Of a stretch of 64,000 nucleotides of DNA, positions 54,901-63,900 are shown in pieces. This DNA comes from an uncultured Planctomycetales bacterium (GTDB lineage: Bacteria; Omnitrophota; Gorgyraeia; Gygaellales; Profunditerraquicolaceae), in assembly GCA_964545575.1 (NCBI GenBank), contig CAZJFL010000001.1, forward strand, positions 153,896-217,895. The letters are read 5' to 3'. The notes below the pieces were generated by a model that saw only the letters and a program-made list of their open reading frames with translations, made no database searches and was not told where the DNA came from. Made by a program: the position numbers and the translations under genes. Within the stretch, counting starts at the first letter, position 1. The number at the start of each line of letters is the position of its first letter.

Positions 54901-57900
54901 GACCATTGCTTTCCTCTCCCCGAGGGCCGGCAAGGTCTGGCCACGGATAGACAGGGAACTGCGCAGCTCGTCATCTGTTAATGCCTGCTTGAGGTTATAG
55001 ACCTTGCCTTTAAAAGTAAAGGATATTTTGGCGGCTTCTCTTTCTCCCTCGCAATGTATGGCGTATACCTCGTAAAGTTTGCGCAAAATTTCCCACATTG
55101 TCTGCGTATCAATATCTCGCCTATTATCGGCATCAGGGACTATCGGCTGTACGACTTCCGCAAAGAAATCATAATCCTTCTCTCTTTGCAAGCGCTCCTG
55201 CGCTTCTAATACGCTGATACGGTCTAATTCCGGAAGCCGCCCTGTCTCTAACAGCTGCTTCACGGCCTGGGATAAGTAAGCGGCCGCCGAGTCAAGCAGC
55301 TGCGATTCAACCTGAAAACAGTCTTCTAATTCTCTGATCTTGTTGACTGTTCCTAACCCGTCAACAATGGCTACAAAATTATGGAAGGGGATCAAATCCC
55401 TGCTTTTTGCTGCCAGCAGCTTTCTTGCCCAATCCATCATCAGCGCTATCTCTGTTGACTGGAGGAAACTCACCTCTTCCGGCTCTGCGACGAATAAACG
55501 CTCAGTGGTAAAAATACCGTTTCTGGCGGCATTTACCACCAAATTGAGTTCCTCCATCATGGATTGCTGGTCAGGGATAAACCAGTCGTCATCCAGTAAA
55601 CTTTGGTAAATTGCGTATGTTTCTTCATCCAATGACTCCCGCAATATAGCCTGTACTTCCTCCCTCCTTTGCGAAGATAGCTTTGCGGTCCTGGAGTCAA
55701 GCAGGCTATAGCCCTCAAGAATCCCTGCCTTGTCTCCTAAGCGGAATCTGACATACTTTTCCACCTCTTCCTGGGCAACAAATATCAAGATGCGCCGAAT
55801 CCCGTATTTAAGCGCCATCAATTTAGCAAATACCACTCCATAATTCTGCAGCGTAGCATTTACGACCGCTGATGCCCGCGCTAATCTGGAGGTAATCGCC
55901 GGGTTATCGTGGATTTCTAAGCTTCCCAGGCCTGATCTCAATTCTTGTATTTGCTTAGTGAAATTAGCAGATGCCGGCCTTAATAGCTTAAATAACGCCT
56001 CTGCCCCTCCCAGGACAACGGCGTTGTACTCATCCATATCTGCGTATTGTCTCTTAACGTCGCTCCGCCCCGCTTCAAGGACTCGGGCTATAAAGAGGTT
56101 TTGGAACTGCGGGTTACTAGCAGCCTGCTCCCCAAACATGCTGATTCGATTCATGCCTGCAGCAGCTAACCTTTCTTTATATGTCCTTTTAGTAAAAGGC
56201 AGGATACGCTCATAAAAATCTGCCAGTTTTGCTTGCACTATAGCCACTTCCTCGGGCTTGATGGAAGCAATCTCTTCATCAAGAAAAATACCGATTACGC
56301 CTACTTCTCTCTCGATAAAATCCAGCGCCTCACGGAGCTCATCTCTTTTACGTGCATCAAAATCCAGCCAGGCCCTGTTGACGGACCCTCTGAGCGTATT
56401 GAAGTGTGTCCTTGTTGCGGAGGTAACGGCGCACAAATGCTCCCGTCTTTCCAGAGCAGCTACCGCCTGTTGCAGGCGCAGATAAGCGGCGTCTTCTGCG
56501 ATATTGCCTAAGTCTAAATCAAACCATTCCTGCCTCAGCGCCAACAGCCTTCCTTCTATATCCAAGAATTGGCTGACCGGCTCTAGCTCAGCTGCGATTG
56601 ACTTTTTCTCTTCATCAAAGCGGGCGCGCGCTTCTATCTTGGTTAAATCCGCGGCTTGCGTGCGGCAGCCCGTTAACACCTCTCTCAGGATAACCTTGGC
56701 AGTATCCCCCAGCAGGGATTGCGCAGTTAACCCGGATAATCTGGCAAGCAGCTGCTTGATTTGTCCAGCTAAGCTTTCGCTGGCATGCCTCTTGCTCCCC
56801 TCAATCTGGTCTATTGCCTGCAATGCTAAATTCCTGATCTCTCTCAGGCGGGCAAGGGCATAACCAAAAGTCTCTGCATTCGGTTTAGCATAGAATTTAT
56901 CTAATTGCTGGCCTACTGCCTGCCAGAGCCTGAGGCGGTTGATGATCCCATGCGCTCTCTCTGCGTCAATTACCCCCCACCTTCTGCCTAAGACAACCAG
57001 CGCTATAATGCGCTGCTTCATATTCAAGAGCCGCTTTTCATCATCCTTAAACTTGGAAGCCATTATTTTACTGTCAAAACCCCTTCTGCCCCGCCTGTAG
57101 AGATCTTTTTCTTTTTGCTTTGCTTCTTCGGCCGCCCTGGCAGCGTATATTTTCCCAACTACACGCATGATCTCTGCGGAAACTTCTTTTTCAAAGAAAA
57201 ATTCATGGACCCAGGCCAAGCGTTCTTTCAATCGAGGGAGTACGTCGGGCAAAACCATCTCTTGCATCCCCTTCAGGCGTTGGTCTTCAGGGATACTCCG
57301 ATCAGCCCAGAAATCATCGATCAGGAGAAGGCTTCTAGTTCCCGCTTCTCTTCTAGCGCCCTGCAGCTGGGCGGCAAGGGCTACTTCTTTAAAATCGTCT
57401 TTCTGGCCCTGGTCAAAATCTTCTGATTCTACCCCTACCAGTTCATCGATGGCTTGTTGGAGAGGGATAAAACGGCCCTTTTCTATTTCTATCGGAGTAG
57501 CGCCGATCTCTCCCAAGCCCTCCAGGTATAAAGAGGAGTCAACTGCGGGGCCCTGCAGGCTTCTTAATAAATTCAGCGCATCTTCGCCGGCGGTAGGAGA
57601 CCAAATATTCTCTTTACGCTCATGCGAATCTATCAGCGCCAGGAAAATAGTCTTCAGCCCCCGGTTTACCACATAAAATATGGCTGCGGGTTTGCTGAAA
57701 TGGACGTGTCCGGTTAATAACCCTCCGGGGGTACCACTCAAGGGATCGATTACTTCTTCTGCCTCTATCCAACGATGATACAGGCGCAATATTCTTTTAC
57801 CAACTTGCTGCTGCGCTTTCGGCTCTAATCTTTCCCAGTATTCCATAAATGGCAGGGTTCTGGCAAAAACCGGATATTCGGCCCTGTCGATGGCCCCTTG

Positions 57901-60900
57901 AGACAATATCGCTCTCACGCCCATCTTTTCACCCGCGCCCGGAACAACGCCGGCGGGCTCAACTTGTGTATTTCTTTTAACCAGTTGCAAAACCTGAGGC
58001 ACAAAATCCTTAGGCAGTTGGCCTTCGTATCTGCGTAAGGCCTCCTCAATTACGCCTATCTTGACATCCGGGTCTTTCTTTAGTATAGAAACGAGGATTC
58101 TGCTTACATCGCGCGGATAGGGAAGGCGCGAATTATCAGCGGCACAAATCTCAAAAATAGTTTCCACGACTAGCATTCCTCTTTTTTTGCCTCCCATTTC
58201 AGATAAAGCGTCTGCTGCGGGATCACTCCAATTGCATTCATTAGCCCAAGGGCCGCGATAAGAACTCCACAACTCTTTAGCTGCCTGCTTAACCAGCGCA
58301 TCAGCCCCCGGTATTCTCGCTACTACCTGCGCCAGAGCAGGTATTATCCGAACAAGACAAATATTATTCCAACCTTCCTGAGGATTTACAAAAGCGCCTG
58401 CGCGCCATAACGTTAAAGCCTCAAAATATGCCTCGACTGCTCTCTCGCCCCCTATTTTAGCTAAGGCCTTAACTGCTGCCTCTTTAACCGCGGTTTCCAG
58501 GCCTCTTACCGGGTTGCGGCATAAAAAGTATTTCAATCTACTCACCGCTCTTTCATCCCCTATATTACCAAGCGAAGAAATTGCCGCAGGGATAAGCAGC
58601 CGCTTATCTTGCTCTCTCTTTAAAAAGCCTAACCAAAAATCAAGCAGCGCTGGATCGCGCATATTAGCCAAAGCATCTGCTGCTTGCAAATAGGCTTCAG
58701 GCAGGCTTGTCCCAAGCTTCAAGCCTCGTCTCACTATTTCAATTAAAGAATCAGCTACTGGCGCCCCGATTTTACTTAAAGCCTCTGCCGCAGCCTTTGA
58801 TAATCCATCCCTGATATCAGCCTTAGAATCATCCTTTAGCTCAAGCATATTCTTCTTTAAAGCCTCCAATAAATCTTCCTTTGCTTCCATAGCACGCAGT
58901 TCTCCCAGCGCCTTGGCGCTGGCAACAAAAGCATCCAGGCCTTTATGAGCCAAAGCATAATTACTATTGTGCATACTCTCATTCAGGCTAAATTTCAAGC
59001 ATTCCAGCAAAGTATTGATTATTCTTTCTCTTATTACCAGCCTTATTTTAGCCAGCGTAACAAATTTCGGAATGACTGCGCTATCTACAGTCCGCACAGG
59101 CTCCTGGCGTAAGGGAGACGAATCGTGCTGCACGTACAAGGCAAAGAAAAGGCAGCTAAATCTATAAAGTGCATCCGCCTTAAAATGATCCCCAACCAGA
59201 TGCTCAATTGCTTCGTGGATCAATATTTCTCCTAAATCGGGCTGTTTATCCGGCGCCTGGAGGAGGCTGTAGAAATCATGGCTGATGCAGAAGACAACCT
59301 TAAGGAGACCTTCTATTTCTAATTCAACTAAACCTGAACGATAATCTACTCCTAAATCCACTACCCAGACTTGATCGATACGCTCAGGCAGGGCGAGCTG
59401 ACCTTGCGGACCAATCACTTCCCCGCAGATCCTCTTTAGCATAGGCCCGGCTGCCTCAAATTCTTTATTAATCATCTCTCCTAAGGCCGAAGTAACATCC
59501 TGTTGTTTCTCTGTGCCGATTGTCTCTTTGATAGCGGCGATAAATTCATCCCTGGTGCCGGGAAACGCACCATTATGGCCCTGACAAGGAGCAGAGGGGC
59601 CAGCTGGCGTCCGGCGGCTGGGGTCGGCGGCGGGCAATGAGGAAACGTTCAAGCTCCTCGCCATAGGAAAGATGAAGTCAAAGAAACTATCATCCGGGCA
59701 CCCATCATTAAGCTGCCTTGTTGTCCCGAAAAATCCTAGTTTTTTCCAGAACCTGCTCGTCTGCGCAATATTATTACATGTCCCCCAGAAAACAACGACT
59801 TGGAAACCGCATCGCCTGAAGTAAGGCGCAAGGTGATCCTCAAACCATAGCCTACCGATACCTTTGCGCCTTATTCTTTCATCAAGCCGATAATAAGTAA
59901 TCAAGGGTATCCACTTTAAATTATGATATGTGATTATCCACATCCTTCCCGGCCTGACAGCCGTACGTACGCTCTTTGGTGTCCAAAGCAAATCTTTTAT
60001 TTCTTTGCCATACCATTCAAGTGGCTGAGCATCCTCTTGCCCAACACCATCGATTTCTAATTTGTTTGTAGCATCCACCTCTACTTCAGCTATTTTTCCA
60101 CTTGATCCCCTCCGTCTAACTGTTATATAAGCTTTACGCTGTTCAGTAATTTCAGCCTCTACTTTAAGCTGTTTTATCCCCACGCCCAAGGCCCGGGCGA
60201 TTTCCTTAAGAGGAGCTAAGCTTTCCAGGGGAATTGCGCTATTAAAAGTAATCCTCTCGGAAGAACGTAACTCTAACGCCGTAACAAAATGGGACCAGCC
60301 GCCGCAAAATAACATCTTATCCATAATTACCTGTGTCATCTCCGGCCGCTGCAAAGCGCAATCTGCCAGAGGAACTAATGCCTCATCGAGACGCCTCTTA
60401 AATTCAGTTATCTCGGACGCATAACGCCTTTCATGGTCAGACTCTCGGTTATGGCTACACAAAAATTCAGAATACTCCCAACTTCTTTCACGATAAACAG
60501 CGATCAGGGCATCGACATCAACCACTGCGGCGACTGGCTGCCGACCGGCGCGGGCAGGGCCGCTGTAAGCCTCCACCACCTCTGCTACTGTTTCTTCCCT
60601 GGGTTTCGCAATATAAAATTTCTGCCTGAGGTCAAATTTTAAAGTCGCTGCCAATGCCGCGGCTCTTGTGTGGGCAGCGCTACCTTCAAGGCCTTCCTCG
60701 ACCCTGGCTAAGAAATGTCCTATTTCATGCTTTAATATTTTTTCGCTCCCCCCTTTTTCGACGACAACAGAAAATACGTACTTTTCAGACGACCGCCACA
60801 TTCTGTAACTATCTTTCACCAGCACCCCGCCGCCCCACCTGCTTAAGCGGCCTGGTGAAAATTCATAGACTCGAATTTGATAGCTATCCTTCTGCCCTTT

Positions 60901-63900
60901 TATTTGGATAATCTTAACATCACACGGCACATTCTGTTTTAAGTCCACGGCATCACCCGGATTGACCTTATTGTTATAGGCACCAAGCACCTGGCCGCGG
61001 CCGGGGCCGGCTGGCGGCTGGCTGCTTGAGCCGGTGCCTGACAAGACGAGGCCGGTGTTGCGCGCCAGGAGAGCGGCGGAGATTTGATATTCATTAAGTG
61101 TATAGCCTCTATCCGAGAATGTGCCGTTAAAGGTAAACCCTAACTTTCTATGCAAGCTATTAGTCGCCAGATTGTCTGCTAAGGTTAATATCACTAACGT
61201 CGGCTCACTGCTATGATCAAGCAAGAAATAGCGCGGGCCCTGTTGCGCATAATCAAAAGGCAGGACCAATTCTATGCCGTTGGCCTCGCAATATTCTTTA
61301 ACCTCCCTGAATATCGCCAGGTATTTAGCCAGGTCTTTCTCTTTGGGCATCAGGGATTTTCCCATATCTTGCCCGAAGAAATGTAAGCCGACATTGGCTA
61401 ATGCGCCGATAATAAATACTTTATCGCCGGGCTGTAATCTATTCTTGACGATTTCCAGAATCCCGTCGTATTTATCGAACTTTGCGCCGCCAAAAATCGC
61501 CACCCACGGATGCTTAGCGCTCTTTTCGAAGGCGCTGATTTTAGCCATCTCGGCCTGCGTATATTCTCCTGTCCTGCGGTTTCCCGCGGCAAAAAGATTG
61601 ATCATTTCTATCGATGCTTCTTTGGGGCGATGCCATTTATCCACTGCCTCAAAAACATAATATTTTGCCCCGGTCAGCTCGATGATTCTCTCGGCAAAGG
61701 CCTTTCTCTCGGCGGCATCTTTGGATTTCTCCTGCCGATAGAATCTGACATTTTCAAAGATAAAGATTGCCTTGGGATATTGGCGCCTGGTTTCGGCAAT
61801 CTGCTTTTGGGCGTTATCCAGGTCAAAATCTAAAAGCACGACCGGAATATCTATACCTTCTGCGGCAAGAATCTCTTTTAATCTGGCTGCTACCGGCTTA
61901 AGGCTGTATTTTTCTTCAAAGCCTTCTCCTTTGGGCCGGCCCATATGCGTCATCACAAAAAGGTAATCAAGTTCTCCCAGCGATTTCTTTATCGTTGGGA
62001 CGGCCTGCCGGATTCGCTGATCGTCTCGGATGGCGCCTCCTTTATCCAGAGAAACATTAAAATCTGCTGCCAGGATCGCCGCCTTCTCCGGCGTATTCCG
62101 CTTACCCGCCACCGCTGCAACGCCCATCGAAACCGCTTTCGCCAAACCTAAAATAAAAACGGGCAGGATAAAACTGAAATCTAAATGCGCAGCCGGCGCT
62201 GGTGCCTGATTTGCGGCAAATAATAAATTGGGCAATAAGAGAATTGTGCCGATAACAAAAGGCAGGATGGATTTCAGATACCGGCTTGCCTCAAGGCCTT
62301 TGCCTGCCGGCGCTAATTCCTCTTTCCTAGCTTCTGCCAATTCATTTTTCCGGGCTTCTACCAACAGACGGAACTTAGCCAATAAAAGTTCCAGGTGCGG
62401 AATCGAAGAGTCTACCTTGTGCTCCACCTTGCGTTGCCCGGCCTCATAATCGTCTGTAATTACCTCTTGCTCTTCTTGCTTCTCTTGCTCCTCCTCCATA
62501 AGCTGCCAGAAGAGCCTCGCTGGCCACTCTGCTATAATCTTTTCTTCGCGGTAATAGAGGCAATAGCCGATGAACTTCCTGATTTCTGCGGCGTACAGGC
62601 TGAATCCCCGCGCATCAAAATATCCTTCGGTAAGGATAAACTTCAGCCAGGCCGCCTCCAGGTAAGTGAGCTCTAAATCATATCCTACTTCTTTTAAAGA
62701 AAAGTTAACCCCTGTCCCGGCGCAGAATATCTCCACGGCCTTTTCCGCGTAGGGCTCAAATAAACCGCGCAGCTTCGCTACAAAATCCTGCCAGATTACC
62801 AACGCCGGAGCAGCAACCAATCTTTCTTCATCCGCTATATAAGCCCCGGCAGGATTAAAATAATAATTAAGCAAATGCTTTGCATTCTGATAGATGCGGG
62901 CAAAGGAATCTCTTCTTAAAGTAGAAAACTCGGCATCGCACCTATTTGCCTGCGCCAGCGCCCGGTGCATTGTTTTCTCAATCCGCCGGTAAAGTTCTCC
63001 GGTTAAACGGTGCGAGATTTTATCTTCCGTAACATAAGCCAAGAAAACCTTTACGCCTTCTAAATCCAAACAATACGGCTCCCTGCCTACGGCTGTTGCC
63101 ACTGCCTGTTTTACCAAATTCGGATGTTTTATTGCGCCGCCTGCATCCAGCGCTTTTATGCCGCAGAGAATAGCGGCAATAAATCTTCTCTCGTGATCGT
63201 AAAGCTTGGCATTGATTGCCTGCTGTTCCGGGTTAGCCTGATTTGCTTCCTGCTCAAGCTCCGCCAGCGCTGCCACTGCTGCCTCATATTTAAGCCGGTC
63301 TTGCCTGTCCGTTCCTACTGCCGCCGCAATAAACCCGCCCATCGAAAGCGCTTCCGCGGCAGCTAAAATAAAAAGAGGCCAGAATAACAGATTATGGCGG
63401 CTGGCTTCGCTGCGCCTGCCTTTAAACAAAGGATACAGCGCTACTAATAATAAAATTCCGATAAGCGCAACCGACAGCACCCAATCATAAGAAAACAACT
63501 TGGATAAAAGCATGGCCAGTTGCGCAAAAGGATCTACCTTAGGAACCGGATATATAAGCCCTGCGTAAGCCGGCAAAACAAATATAGGTAACAGCATTCC
63601 GGCAGCGATTGCCCCGGCGCCCGGGCGGGCGGCTTTCTTTTTTCGAAGAGAGGGACGCCTCAGAAAAGAAAGCATGCGTATGCCGCTTATTCCGTCAGCG
63701 TCTAAAGTCCAATCTTTTCCCGGGTCAAATCCCAGAGACTCGAAGAAATTCTGCGCCCGCTCTTTTGCCAACCTGCTATCTTTTGTCTCGCCGGCAGATA
63801 AGGGGTTGGCTTTTAAAAACCAAGCATCCTTAAGGTATCCTTCAGCTTGCGCCAATAATAAATACACAAAAGCCCTACCTAAGCCCAAACCATGGTTTCC

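Noticed and set aside
2697-61592. The 15 minus-strand ORFs in the track (60-88 aa)
   Set aside because: All lie in the two off-frames of the giant ORF, with high coordinate congruent to 1 or 2 mod 3. They are short and overlap confidently translated domains of the main frame, so they are overlapping-frame artefacts.
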